64,000 bases of DNA, taken from NCBI GenBank assembly GCA_003491285.1, contig CP022705.1, positions 809,042 to 873,041 on the forward strand. Reading direction: 5' to 3'. Every line of letters begins with the position of its first letter. The stretch's first letter is position 1. The notes under the pieces are model-generated. The model did not search any database and was not told the DNA's origin. It saw only the letters and a program-made list of their open reading frames with translations. Made by a program: the position numbers and the translations under genes. This document shows positions 1 through 10,171 of this stretch, piece by piece. The stretch is from Methanobacterium sp. BRmetb2. GTDB taxonomy: Archaea; Methanobacteriota; Methanobacteria; Methanobacteriales; Methanobacteriaceae.

Positions 1-128
1 CAATGCAGCTAAAAACAGTTTAATAGTTTCTAAAGTATTAAGTGTTGCACCAATGATAAAAGGCGTAAATAATGTAATAAACATTAAAAAAACTGAATTT
101 GAAGGTCTAGTCACCCCAATATAGTATT
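1..128 (-). CDS. Partial ORF with a hydrophobic N-terminus that runs off the window start
   Basis: Minus-strand frame reads VTRPSNSVFLMFITLFTPFIIGATLNTLETIKLFLAAL from a GTG near 128 to the window edge, with no stop. Weak. Confidence 0.25.
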
Positions 129-155
129 TATAACTACTTAATTTATGTTCCAATC

Positions 156-1652
156 TCATTCAACCAACTCCCTGCCAAAAAGTGGGAATAGCGGTTGTTT
201 GTTCTTTCCATGAAACTTATCATGCAACAATTTCACTAAATATCGAGAACTAGCATATTTATAAAAAATAAAGTGCAGCAAACCATCATATATATAAGCC
301 AATGTAAACTTTCTTTTGTACCTGTCCTTACCTAATACGATTGATAAAATTTTCATTGGATGAAAAACAAATTTAAAAGATTCTTTAATTATATCGTTTA
401 TCATCTCATTACTGTCATAGTTTTCTGGAATTATTATTGGAGTTACATAATCCCATTTTTCACAATCAAATGTTCTTATCCACTCTTTTTTTGTATCTTT
501 GTGTAACCTTGTCCAAGGAATAGGTATTGGTATATAAGTTATAACAAAATCTGGATCCCAGTCACGAATTATTCTGAATTTTCTTTTTAATCTTTCCTTA
601 GTTTCATTTCGATCTCCAAAAAATAGATTTGCCGAAGTAGCAATTCCATTTTTTCGTAATAATTTAATCGCTTTTCTGTTTTCAGTAACTGTAGTCCTTT
701 TGTTAATTTGATCCAGATACTCTTGTTCTACACCTTCAACTCCTAGATCTACATGCACTATGCCTGCTTTTTTGTATAAACTCAGATAATTAGCGTCTCG
801 AATAACATCAGTCACCTTGAGGTTTAAAATAATGTGTATATCTAAATTCCGGCGTATAATCTCGTTCAAGACATTTAACCATCTAGTTGGACTTACTCCC
901 GGATTTTCATCAGCAAAAAAGAAATATGTTACATTATATTTTTTATTTAAATATTCTAATTCATTTACAAACTTTATTGAATCTCTAACCTTGTATTTTC
1001 TCCAAAAGCCCCATTGACCACAAAAATCACATGATGATGGACATCCTCTCGAAAATTGAACTACAGCAGTTATTTCTTTTGTTGTCCCATTTCTATATAA
1101 TTCCCAGTCAATAAGCTCCCAAGCAGGCCGTACGGAATCCAAATCTTCAATTGGTTTTCTAAGATCATTGACAAGATAAGATCCCCCATTTTTTCTCCAA
1201 ATTAAACCATTAATTCTATCTAACGGTTTTTGATTTTCTAATGCATTGACTAGTTCTTCAATTGTTAATTCTCCTTCACCTTGGATGATGAAGTCAACTT
1301 GAGAATAATTTTTCATTATTTTATCAAATTGAAATGTGGGGTAGGAACCTCCATAAATTGTTTTAATTTTTGTGTCAATTTCTTTAACAATTTTAATCAC
1401 TTCTAAACTTTTTTTTGAAGTAACTATCGAGGCACTCGAACCAACACAAACCACGTCAGGCTTAAAAATTTCAATATTTTCTCTTAAATGCCCTGTGCCC
1501 ATATTTAGTTTAGCTGCATCAAGGAGTTTCACAACATGGCCGTTATCAATCAATATTCCACCTAAATAGAGAAGTCCTAATGGAGTCATAGTGCCAATTG
1601 CTAATTCTGCCCCGCCGCAATGAAAATTGGGGTGTATTAACAGAATCTTCAT
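156..1652 (-). CDS. B12-binding domain radical SAM protein (class B)
   Basis: N-terminal Rossmann-like B12-binding region, then the CxxxCxxC motif FSRGCPSSCDFCGQW typical of radical SAM enzymes. 498 aa. Confidence 0.75.
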   Translation of the reverse strand: MKILLIHPNFHCGGAELAIGTMTPLGLLYLGGILIDNGHVVKLLDAAKLNMGTGHLRENIEIFKPDVVCVGSSASIVTSKKSLEVIKIVKEIDTKIKTIYGGSYPTFQFDKIMKNYSQVDFIIQGEGELTIEELVNALENQKPLDRINGLIWRKNGGSYLVNDLRKPIEDLDSVRPAWELIDWELYRNGTTKEITAVVQFSRGCPSSCDFCGQWGFWRKYKVRDSIKFVNELEYLNKKYNVTYFFFADENPGVSPTRWLNVLNEIIRRNLDIHIILNLKVTDVIRDANYLSLYKKAGIVHVDLGVEGVEQEYLDQINKRTTVTENRKAIKLLRKNGIATSANLFFGDRNETKERLKRKFRIIRDWDPDFVITYIPIPIPWTRLHKDTKKEWIRTFDCEKWDYVTPIIIPENYDSNEMINDIIKESFKFVFHPMKILSIVLGKDRYKRKFTLAYIYDGLLHFIFYKYASSRYLVKLLHDKFHGKNKQPLFPLFGRELVE

Positions 1653-2345
1653 TAATACTCACACCTGAATTATGAATTTTTTTAGTTGTATATTGACTTC
1701 GTTTTATTATTTAAATGTATTACTATATTAATCATAATCAGTAAATTTATTAATAGCATTAAGTATAATTAGTAATATTTTAATATTTTATAAAGGTATT
1801 AATAATAATTTACTAAAATAGATATTTAAACGATTTTTTCCATTAATAGTGTTTATACTTCTTATTTGGAAATATTGATTTGTACTATTTAATATAAATT
1901 AACATTAATTTTAGATTTTTAGGAAAAAATTATTATTACTATCATTATAAAGTACATTTATATGTGAAAAAAAAGAAATACATTTTCATGAAAATTAGTA
2001 TTATTAACAGTAAATTCATAGAAAAAATGAGTTGGGAATGACTTAAAAACAGTTGTTAATAAAGTAATATTTTATGGTATAAATAGGAAAAATTAAATCC
2101 ACTAAAATTTGAAATATCACTATATAAAAAATAATTACTGAATTTTGGTACCTTTTATTAATATTAAAATTGTACTATTCATTTTTATAATGGGAAGCGC
2201 TGCTACCAAATTTTTTTTTGTAATACACTCTTAAAAAAATATTCTTTCATTTAATATTACATTTAATTAATTTATAAAATTAAATTGAAAAGTTTTTTAA
2301 ATTGTATTGCATAATATAATTACAATTAAGATTTGGAGGTAAAAA

Positions 2346-2891
2346 ATGAAAAAGTATCTTATTTTGATAGCCCTTTTATCAGCCGTTGTTCTGGCATCAG
2401 GCTGTGTAGATAGCGGAAATCAGACCACAAATCAGACATCTGATATAGCAACCAAAACGTATACTAATGATACTGCAGGATACTCCTTTGAATATCCTGA
2501 AAACTGGCAGAAGATGTCTGCAAATATAACTGGAGACGCTGTAGGTTTTAGAGATGAAAGTACCGGTACCAATTTAATTGTCAGTACCTTATCAACGACC
2601 CAACCCACTGACGAAGAACTCACAACCTTCCTAACACAACTAGAAAGTCAATACGGCTCACAGTTTGAAGGATTTGAAAAGGTTTCTTCAAATACCGTGA
2701 CAATAAACGGAGTTAAAGGAATTGAAATAGTATTCCAAAGTACTTCTAACGGCGAAGCGATACAACAAAGACAAGTAATACTGTTCAAGAACGATGTTGC
2801 CTACTTCCTAACATTTACTGCTAAAGCCAGTGAATTTGCTAGTGAATCTGCGAATTTCGATGCTGTGGTTAACAGTTTCACCATAAAATAA
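2346..2891 (+). CDS. Secreted or lipoprotein, PsbP/DcrB-like fold suspected
   Basis: Signal peptide with lipobox-like LASGC. A GGAGG sits upstream of the ATG. It is a paralog of the 3042-3581 gene. Confidence 0.55.
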   Translation: MKKYLILIALLSAVVLASGCVDSGNQTTNQTSDIATKTYTNDTAGYSFEYPENWQKMSANITGDAVGFRDESTGTNLIVSTLSTTQPTDEELTTFLTQLESQYGSQFEGFEKVSSNTVTINGVKGIEIVFQSTSNGEAIQQRQVILFKNDVAYFLTFTAKASEFASESANFDAVVNSFTIK

Positions 2892-3041
2892 ATTTTAATA
2901 TTTAAAATAAATTTTAATATTTTTTTATCTTTTTTATTTTCAATTAAAGGATTTCCTAATTTTCTAAGACACATTATTCATTTAAACTCTTAAAATTCAG
3001 GATTTAAGTAATCTATTAAAAATTTATAAAAAAATAAATAT

Positions 3042-3581
3042 TTAACCCTGAATCCTTAAACTATTCAAAATCAAGTCAAAGTTGGGTTTTTCTTTTTCGT
3101 AATCTGAAGTCAAAGCACTCATTAAAATAACATATATGTTATCATCTCTTTGTAACCATAAGGCCCTCTGTTCTTTTTGAACGCCATTTTCATTGACATA
3201 ATATTTATTTTCATATAATGTTTCACCGTTTACGGTGGTGTTTCCCTCAAAAATTCTCTGATAACTTGTGTTGTTAAACATTACTGCATAGTTCTCATTA
3301 TAGACACTATTCAAGTTTGAACCACTGGGTATTGCTATTTTTTGTATGGTAAAAACTGTACTGGCATATCCTGTTTGTGAATCCTCAGTCCTTGGGTCCG
3401 CAACAGACACAGTGGCATTTGGTGCTCGGTTAGTTGCAATACTCCAAGAAGCAGGATAATCAAAAGAAATATTATTTTGAGAATATGTTTTAGTCTCATT
3501 CGTTTGATTAGAATCCCCAATACAACCGGATACAAATATAACTAATGACAAAAGAGCAATTGCAATTATGTATCTTTTCAA
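3042..3581 (-). CDS. Secreted or lipoprotein, paralog of 2346-2891
   Basis: Signal peptide with FVSGC lipobox. Same length as the other copy, with a similar N-terminal NQT-rich linker and C-terminus. The two genes are convergent. Confidence 0.55.
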   Translation of the reverse strand: MKRYIIAIALLSLVIFVSGCIGDSNQTNETKTYSQNNISFDYPASWSIATNRAPNATVSVADPRTEDSQTGYASTVFTIQKIAIPSGSNLNSVYNENYAVMFNNTSYQRIFEGNTTVNGETLYENKYYVNENGVQKEQRALWLQRDDNIYVILMSALTSDYEKEKPNFDLILNSLRIQG

Positions 3582-3645
3582 AATATCATCCTCTATAGTT
3601 TAAACTAATCTGATAAACTTTTAAAAAATTAAGAAAAGGAATAAA

Positions 3646-4281
3646 TTACGTTAAATTTTTTGTTTCTGGATTAGAGTCATCTGTTTTCGTTGTATCATCT
3701 GTTTTTTTATCATCATCTGTTTTCGTTGTATCATCAGGTTCTTCTACTGTATCGTTATTATCCTGATTATTTGTAGTCTGTTTTGTTGTAACTTTGGTCT
3801 GATTTGTCATGTTGGTACTGTTGTTAAAATCTGGAAATGCACTTTCATTCACTGCCACAGAAATCTGAGATGAATCACTGGGACTGCTCAAAAAATAGGA
3901 ACCCAACCCTATTCCAACAATAAATGCTACTGCCAGAAATGCAATAACCATTATGGGTAAATTTGATTTCCCACTGCTTGGGGCTTGTTTAGTTTTTCTA
4001 TAGCCTGCAGGAGTTACATACTTTTTAACCAGTTCATCCTTTTCTCGAACATCATCTGCTTCCTTCTTTTTATTGGTCCAGTGATCAAGGGGTTTTTCAA
4101 CTGAACCTCTCCCCTGAAGTCTTTTAATCCTGTCTGCAGCTTCAAACGTTTCTAACTGTGAATTATATTCATTTTTAAATTTATTATAGTCTTTTTTTGA
4201 GATTTTACCCTCTGCAAAATCTCTTTCAAGCTCATTCAAGCTTTTATTAATTTTATCTTTATCAAGAGTTATCTTCATCAT
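3646..4281 (-). CDS. Membrane protein with N-terminal coiled coil, one TM helix and an acidic TKTDD-repeat tail
   Basis: Coiled-coil-like N-terminus (EGKISKKDYNKFK), a central TM segment (IMVIAFLAVAFIVGIGLG) and a low-complexity DDTTKTDD repeat C-terminus. Confidence 0.45.
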   Translation of the reverse strand: MMKITLDKDKINKSLNELERDFAEGKISKKDYNKFKNEYNSQLETFEAADRIKRLQGRGSVEKPLDHWTNKKKEADDVREKDELVKKYVTPAGYRKTKQAPSSGKSNLPIMVIAFLAVAFIVGIGLGSYFLSSPSDSSQISVAVNESAFPDFNNSTNMTNQTKVTTKQTTNNQDNNDTVEEPDDTTKTDDDKKTDDTTKTDDSNPETKNLT

Positions 4282-4285
4282 CCCC

Positions 4286-5143
4286 TTAAATAGGATATGA
4301 TCCTAGCATCTTTATGTATGGTGTTTTGGATCTGATAATATTTAAAATATTCCCAATATCTGGGTCTTCCCGGTGACCCTCAAAATCCACGAAAAAGATA
4401 TAGCTTCCTAACTTTTCCTTGGAAGGTCTAGACTCAATCTTGGTTAAATTCACTTTTTTAATTGCAAAAACCCCGAGCACCTCATAAAGACCTCCGGGTT
4501 TATTTTCCGTTAATGAAAATACAATTGAAGTTTTATCGTTTCCAGTTTTTGGATGATCATGGTGGCCCAGCACTATGAAACGAGTGACATTACTTTCATG
4601 ATCTTGAATATTCTTTTTTAATACTTCCAAGCCGTAAATTTCCGCAGCCCTTTTTGTTCCAATTGCAGCAGTATTTTTCTTATTCACAATCAATTTTGCT
4701 GCAGCAGCTGTGCTTGAAGTGTCATGAGTATTATAACCATGTTTTTCCAAAAATTTACGGCACTGTGAAAGAGCTTGTACATGCGAATAAACTACCTCAA
4801 TCTCATCTAAAGTCGTACCTTTATTAACCAGTAAATTATGACTTATTGGAATTATGATCTCATTATTAATTTTTAAATCATAATCATGCGCTAAAAGATC
4901 TAGTGTTACACCTACAGGTCCCTCAATGGAGTTTTCTATTGGAACTACACCCCAATTTACCTCTTTTTTTTTCACTGCATCCAATACCTCTAAAATAGAC
5001 TCATATTCTACTAGCTCTCCTTCAAGTTTAGAAGCTGCTTCCTCGGTAAACGTACCAAAAGGACCAAAAAATCCTATTTTTTGATTTTCACGTGTTTGAA
5101 TTTTTAATTCTTGGGTGGGAGACTTGCTGGAATTAACAGGCAT
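4286..5143 (-). CDS. pheA: Prephenate dehydratase
   Basis: GFFGPFGTFTEEAA matches the PDT signature. A C-terminal ACT domain is present (ESRPSK...GSYIFFVDFEGH). Confidence 0.8.
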   Translation of the reverse strand: MPVNSSKSPTQELKIQTRENQKIGFFGPFGTFTEEAASKLEGELVEYESILEVLDAVKKKEVNWGVVPIENSIEGPVGVTLDLLAHDYDLKINNEIIIPISHNLLVNKGTTLDEIEVVYSHVQALSQCRKFLEKHGYNTHDTSSTAAAAKLIVNKKNTAAIGTKRAAEIYGLEVLKKNIQDHESNVTRFIVLGHHDHPKTGNDKTSIVFSLTENKPGGLYEVLGVFAIKKVNLTKIESRPSKEKLGSYIFFVDFEGHREDPDIGNILNIIRSKTPYIKMLGSYPI

Positions 5144-5265
5144 ATTAAAACTCTCAACAAAATAATTTTTAATAAAATTGATTATAGTTATTTAATTATT
5201 AAAATAATGGTAATTAACTTCTTCTAATTTTTCATAGGTTATACAAAATGATCCAATAAATTGCA

Positions 5266-6480
5266 TCAGTATAAACCGCCCTTCAAATAATTTGTAATTT
5301 TATCAGTAGTTGCTTGATGTATCCGTCTAATAACTGCTTTTCCATCTTTAAATTTGATTAAAGTAGCATTTACTCCCAAATCATGGAGAAATCTTACAAA
5401 TTCCTCTGCTTCATCCTTAGAGTCTACGCCAATAACTAAATCTTCTGCTGCAGGGTTATCCTGGGAAACATGACTTATAATTTGAACCATTGGCATCAAT
5501 ATGGATTCTCCAAGTCTTTGAGCCCTTTCTTTAAGTTCTTCATGAGATTCGTTCATTTCAAACGCCTGAAAGCCTTCTCTTATCACTCTGGAAAAGAAAA
5601 ATGCCCTTCCAAAATCAAAGGGATATTTAAAAGCATATCTAATTTCTCGGTCATGTGCTTGGGAAGCAGTATATTTAAGAGGCATTTCTTCCATTTTTAC
5701 ATCCTTTATTACTAATCCTTCTCTTCCTTCTTCTCCAAGCTTTTTTATTATTCTTTTAACTTCCATAGCTGCTTTATCCACATCATAAAATCCAAAAAGT
5801 CTGACTGGGGGAAGATTATATCTTTCTATTAATTCAAATTTTTCGTGAATAGTGAGGGGCTGATTGGATATTTTCTCACGAACATCGAATATTCTAAAAC
5901 CTAGTTCCCCAATCTCAGGGTAGTAGTGGGAAACATATGGATTTTCAGTTCCTATCATTTCACCACATATAACCAGATTAGGATTATCCTCGAAAAAGGG
6001 ATCTAAATCCATTAATTCCTGGGTTTTTTTTGTAGTGAAGGGACATACATAGCCTCCCCTTGTAAAAGCAAATATTTGATGATCTATAGATGCAATACGT
6101 ACATTATAACCGTTCATTTTCTCTTCAACAGCTATTTTATTATTAAAATGATTTTCCACTGCAGGAGATAAGATCAAAGTTCTTCTTATCTTGGGAAATC
6201 CCCTTACAACTTCAATTTTCTCTCCAAAATAAACAACTGTACCAGATTCTACAGTTCCTACGTCCTTTCGAAATTGAAGTGCAGGAAATCCACGCGATTC
6301 ATAAAACTTAATATTACCATGGATAAGTGCGTTATTTAACTTTTCTGCCTTTACTTTAAGAATTTTTTGCAATTCTTTGTCTATAAAATCTTCTATTGAT
6401 ACTTCTGAATCCAATTCACAAGTATCACATTTATAAAAAAAAGAAGTAAGAGAATTATTTCTTCTCCAATCAATCTCCAT
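5266..6480 (-). CDS. ATP-dependent RNA ligase (archaeal Rnl3 / Pab1020 family)
   Basis: Nucleotidyltransferase motif I KxNG (EEKMNGYNVR). Motif IV-like EGLVIK and motif V-like lysines are present. Size and position next to the CBS array match the Methanothermobacter MthRnl locus. Confidence 0.65.
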   Translation of the reverse strand: MEIDWRRNNSLTSFFYKCDTCELDSEVSIEDFIDKELQKILKVKAEKLNNALIHGNIKFYESRGFPALQFRKDVGTVESGTVVYFGEKIEVVRGFPKIRRTLILSPAVENHFNNKIAVEEKMNGYNVRIASIDHQIFAFTRGGYVCPFTTKKTQELMDLDPFFEDNPNLVICGEMIGTENPYVSHYYPEIGELGFRIFDVREKISNQPLTIHEKFELIERYNLPPVRLFGFYDVDKAAMEVKRIIKKLGEEGREGLVIKDVKMEEMPLKYTASQAHDREIRYAFKYPFDFGRAFFFSRVIREGFQAFEMNESHEELKERAQRLGESILMPMVQIISHVSQDNPAAEDLVIGVDSKDEAEEFVRFLHDLGVNATLIKFKDGKAVIRRIHQATTDKITNYLKGGLY

Positions 6481-6519
6481 TGGGGATTTGCATTTAGGAC
6501 AAGTTATTATAGGAAAAAT

Positions 6520-7356
6520 TCAGCGAACCCCCTCCACCTCAGCAATAAATTTCACTAAATCAGTTTTAGTGATAATGCCTACTAATTGGCCATCATCATC
6601 AACCACCGGCATGCCACTGAACCCTTCCTCAACCATTGTTTTAGCAGTTTCCTCTACATTAAGATTTTCATTAATGGTTTCAACATTTTGAGTCATTACA
6701 TCTTCCACTAGTAAGTTTCTGATCCTTGCAGCCTTATATTTATCTGGAACGACTTTTCTAAAAGATATCATTGATTTAGCAATGTCTTTAGCAGTTATCA
6801 TCCCTACAAGTTCACCATCCTCCATCACCGGAAGTCTTCCTAAATCTTCATCTAGAATAAGTCTGCGGGCATGCACGATACGATCATGAGGTGCTATGGT
6901 GATTAAGTCCTGGGACATTATGTCTTTAACCAGGGTGTTCTGATACGGTTTTCCCATACAAATACCTATGAAATCCGTTTTAGTTACTACTCCCTCTATT
7001 TGATCTTTATCTAGGACAGGTAATCCCCCTACACGATTGTCCAACATTTTTTTAGCTACAGTGCCTACATTTTGGTCACTTTCAGCATTAACCAATTCTG
7101 TATGCATTACTGTTGAAACATGGAAATGAGAAGGTGCAAGATTACCATATTTAGATGAACCCAACTTTAAAGCGATGTCTTTTTCAGTAATTACCCCAAC
7201 AAGTTCTTTAACGTGTTCTTCGTTAGTATTTACTACGATAAGTCTTGATATTTTATTTTTTTTCATTAATTTTAAAGCATCACATATGTTTTGATCTTTA
7301 TCAACTAGGACTACTTCTGGTGTCATTATATTTTTAATATACATCAAATTCCTCAC
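6520..7356 (-). CDS. CBS-domain protein (4 CBS domains)
   Basis: Repeated CBS signatures: hydrophobic-x-V/I-x(n)-G-I-V/I-T-x-x-D-I/L. Confidence 0.8.
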   Translation of the reverse strand: MRNLMYIKNIMTPEVVLVDKDQNICDALKLMKKNKISRLIVVNTNEEHVKELVGVITEKDIALKLGSSKYGNLAPSHFHVSTVMHTELVNAESDQNVGTVAKKMLDNRVGGLPVLDKDQIEGVVTKTDFIGICMGKPYQNTLVKDIMSQDLITIAPHDRIVHARRLILDEDLGRLPVMEDGELVGMITAKDIAKSMISFRKVVPDKYKAARIRNLLVEDVMTQNVETINENLNVEETAKTMVEEGFSGMPVVDDDGQLVGIITKTDLVKFIAEVEGVR

Positions 7357-7386
7357 AACTGTTTAAGTCATAATATATAAAGATAT

Positions 7387-8232
7387 TTACTGTATTCCTT
7401 CAATTATATCAGTTTTAGTAATTATTCCAACTAATTCGCCATCTTCAACAACAGGAATCCCACTTATATCTTTTTCAATCATCATCTCAGCAGCTAATGA
7501 TGCATCAGCGTCTTTAGACATCCTAAGAATATCATTGGTCATTATATCCCCTGCGGTAAGCATTGAAACCATTCTAAAGTTTTTTTTATCTTTCCCATCT
7601 GCCTGACGGATGAAATAAACTTTTTCAACACTTACACCAGTTTCAGGATCATCGATATTTGCAAAAGATATATTTTCAGATGTGATTATTCCAACAGGTT
7701 CACTGTCCCTCATAACCACAATTCTTCCGATGTTATTATCCTCCATAATACTTATAACATGGGTTATGGCGTGATTTTCATTCACGGTTATAACTTCAGA
7801 AGACATTAAATCTGAAACTTTCCACTTGGATTTAAATTTGTTCTGGTAAAAGTTCATTAGATCAGTTTTAGTTATTATTCCCACTAGCTCTTCCCCATCA
7901 ATAACCGGAATGGAACTGATATCATTTTTTAGCATTATTTCCACAGATTCTTTGACTTTAGTATCAGAGCTTATAGTTATTAAGTCATTGTGCATTACTC
8001 TTCGAATTGATATTTTATCCAGAGGTCTTTTTCTCCATGCTGCCCCATTACCTCTTAGTTTTCGAGCAATATCCTTTTCCGTAACAATACCTACTGGAAC
8101 TCCTTTTGAATCAATCACAACTATTCTGCTGAAACCATGTTTGAGCATTAAGTTTCGAGCGTATGCTACTTGATCAGTATCTTGAATAACAACCACTTCA
8201 TCACTCATTATATCTTTAACATTCATTGCCAA
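7387..8232 (-). CDS. CBS-domain protein (4 CBS domains)
   Basis: CBS motif repeats (GIVTEKDI, GIITKTDL, GIITSENI, GIITKTDI). Confidence 0.8.
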   Translation of the reverse strand: MAMNVKDIMSDEVVVIQDTDQVAYARNLMLKHGFSRIVVIDSKGVPVGIVTEKDIARKLRGNGAAWRKRPLDKISIRRVMHNDLITISSDTKVKESVEIMLKNDISSIPVIDGEELVGIITKTDLMNFYQNKFKSKWKVSDLMSSEVITVNENHAITHVISIMEDNNIGRIVVMRDSEPVGIITSENISFANIDDPETGVSVEKVYFIRQADGKDKKNFRMVSMLTAGDIMTNDILRMSKDADASLAAEMMIEKDISGIPVVEDGELVGIITKTDIIEGIQ

Positions 8233-8242
8233 TCACCTGAAA

Positions 8243-9184
8243 TTAACTGTTAATAACTTTTAATATATCACTTTCAGTTATCATACCTACAACTTCACCA
8301 TTTTTAACTACTGGTAAGCCTCCGATACCTTCTTTCTCCATAATCTCGCAGACGTCACCAAGTCTAGTTAATGGTGTGGTGGTAATAACTTCTTGTTCCA
8401 TAATTTCAGTTATTTTAGAGTTTAAAATATCCTCTGCATTATTAGAAACCATGGTGTCAAAGGCCTTGCTGGCCCCTAAAAACTCTAAAATATCAGTTGA
8501 TGTAATTATACCCACAATTTTCTCATTTTCAGGATGTGGAGTTTTTCTTTCTTCTCCAACAACAGGTATTCTTCTTAACCTGTTTCTAACCATTATTTTA
8601 GATGCGCCTTCTATAGGAGTCCCTGGTGTGGTGCTTATGACATTTTTGGTCATGAAATCCTCTACCAACTCTTCAGTAAGCACTCCTGAGAAAAGTATGG
8701 CAAAATCTCTCTCTGATACTATACCCACAATTTTTTGCTCAGAGTCTACTACGGGGAGTGCTCCTACGCCTTTTTCGTGTATTTTTTTGACTGCATCATT
8801 CAATGAAGCTTTATTGCTTAAGACCTCTATGTCACGAGTCATGATTTTTTTAACAGATTCATTTACTGCTGCTAAAAAGTTATCTTCATATTTTTCATGT
8901 AAAATCTTATACTTTTCACCACCACCTAAGAAATCGAGAATATCCATGGAAGTAACAATTCCCAGAATTTTACCAGTTCCAGGATCTGTTATAGGAAGTC
9001 TTCTAAATTTATTTTTCACCATTATTTCTGCTGCTTCCTTTATTGTGGTGGTTTGGGGTATCGTGACTACATCTTTTTTAGCTAAACTCATCACATCCCC
9101 TTCATGCTCTGAAGCATGGGATTCAAATTCGATAGGGCCTCTATCCATAGATTTCACTATATTTATGGTATCTTTTCTTCTCAT
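8243..9184 (-). CDS. CBS-domain protein (4 CBS domains)
   Basis: CBS motif repeats (GIVTSMDIL, GIVSERDF, GIITSTDIL, GMITESDIL). Confidence 0.8.
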   Translation of the reverse strand: MRRKDTINIVKSMDRGPIEFESHASEHEGDVMSLAKKDVVTIPQTTTIKEAAEIMVKNKFRRLPITDPGTGKILGIVTSMDILDFLGGGEKYKILHEKYEDNFLAAVNESVKKIMTRDIEVLSNKASLNDAVKKIHEKGVGALPVVDSEQKIVGIVSERDFAILFSGVLTEELVEDFMTKNVISTTPGTPIEGASKIMVRNRLRRIPVVGEERKTPHPENEKIVGIITSTDILEFLGASKAFDTMVSNNAEDILNSKITEIMEQEVITTTPLTRLGDVCEIMEKEGIGGLPVVKNGEVVGMITESDILKVINS

Positions 9185-9354
9185 TGGTACACCTCTTTAG
9201 ATAGAATATCCATTTAAGCACGTTTTTAATACTAAAATATATTTTATTGAATCATGATTTAATATGAAAGAATTATCTACAATTTATTTTAATTTTAGAA
9301 GATATACAATAATTAAATCAAATAATAAATCCAATAGCTTGGTTTTTCGGAGAA

Positions 9355-10170
9355 TCAATTTAGATACGACTCTAAAATGTCTTCTCTTGCAATAATTCCA
9401 ATCAATTTAGATTCTCGCGCTCTATTTGCCATTTTTTTAATGTATATAGGATTTTCAACTACAGGTAATCTCCCTATATCACATTTGACCAATAAATCAG
9501 CTGCTTCATGAATCTTCATATGAGGAACGGCAACGATTGGTGGAGTTTTCATGACCTTTTCAACTTTAATGGATCTTTTTATTTCATCAGATTCTTTAAT
9601 GATTCTGACATGGCCAGAATTAATGATGTCTTTTCTGGTGATAATTCCTATCATTTTTTTATTTTTAATTACTGGAAGTCCAGAAAAACCAGTATCATCC
9701 ATTTTATTCCATACAAAAGAGATAGAATCATCATGATTACAGGTTATCACATCAGAAGTTGCAAATTCACCAACGGTTTTATTATCGAATTTTGCAGAAT
9801 TCTCCAAAAAGCCTTGCAATAAATCTATTACACTTACTATACCTATCAGAGTCATATTATCTGAAGACATTACCACAGGTGCCTGTATTTCATTAGCTGT
9901 TACTAGTTTCTTAGAAATTTCTTTCAAATCCATGTCGGGGGTGGCAATAACTTTAGGATGTTCCATAATCCCCCGTGCTTCAATATTAGATTTATTGGAG
10001 GAAATGTTTAAAATATCTCCTCTAGTGATCATTCCCTCTAAATGATTTTTTGAAACTACTGGAAGACACCTGAAACCATTATTCCTAAGTACAGATCTTA
10101 CTGTGGTTGCATAGGTATCTAGGGAGACTGTGACTGGATCAGATGTCATTACATCTCTTACCTCAGCCAT
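9355..10170 (-). CDS. CBS-domain protein
   Basis: CBS repeats. The start is moved to the internal ATG (MAEVRDVMT) because the upstream gene's stop and a GGAGG RBS lie immediately 5' of it. The ORF-track start at 10269 would overlap the neighbour by 98 nt. Confidence 0.7.
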   Translation of the reverse strand: MAEVRDVMTSDPVTVSLDTYATTVRSVLRNNGFRCLPVVSKNHLEGMITRGDILNISSNKSNIEARGIMEHPKVIATPDMDLKEISKKLVTANEIQAPVVMSSDNMTLIGIVSVIDLLQGFLENSAKFDNKTVGEFATSDVITCNHDDSISFVWNKMDDTGFSGLPVIKNKKMIGIITRKDIINSGHVRIIKESDEIKRSIKVEKVMKTPPIVAVPHMKIHEAADLLVKCDIGRLPVVENPIYIKKMANRARESKLIGIIAREDILESYLN

Positions 10171-10171
10171 G

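Noticed and set aside
8376-9200. 274-aa plus-strand ORF
   Set aside because: It lies entirely antisense within the CBS-domain gene 8243-9184. Its composition is low-complexity Ser/Ile/Leu-rich, with no motifs. It is a shadow ORF of an AT-rich coding strand.
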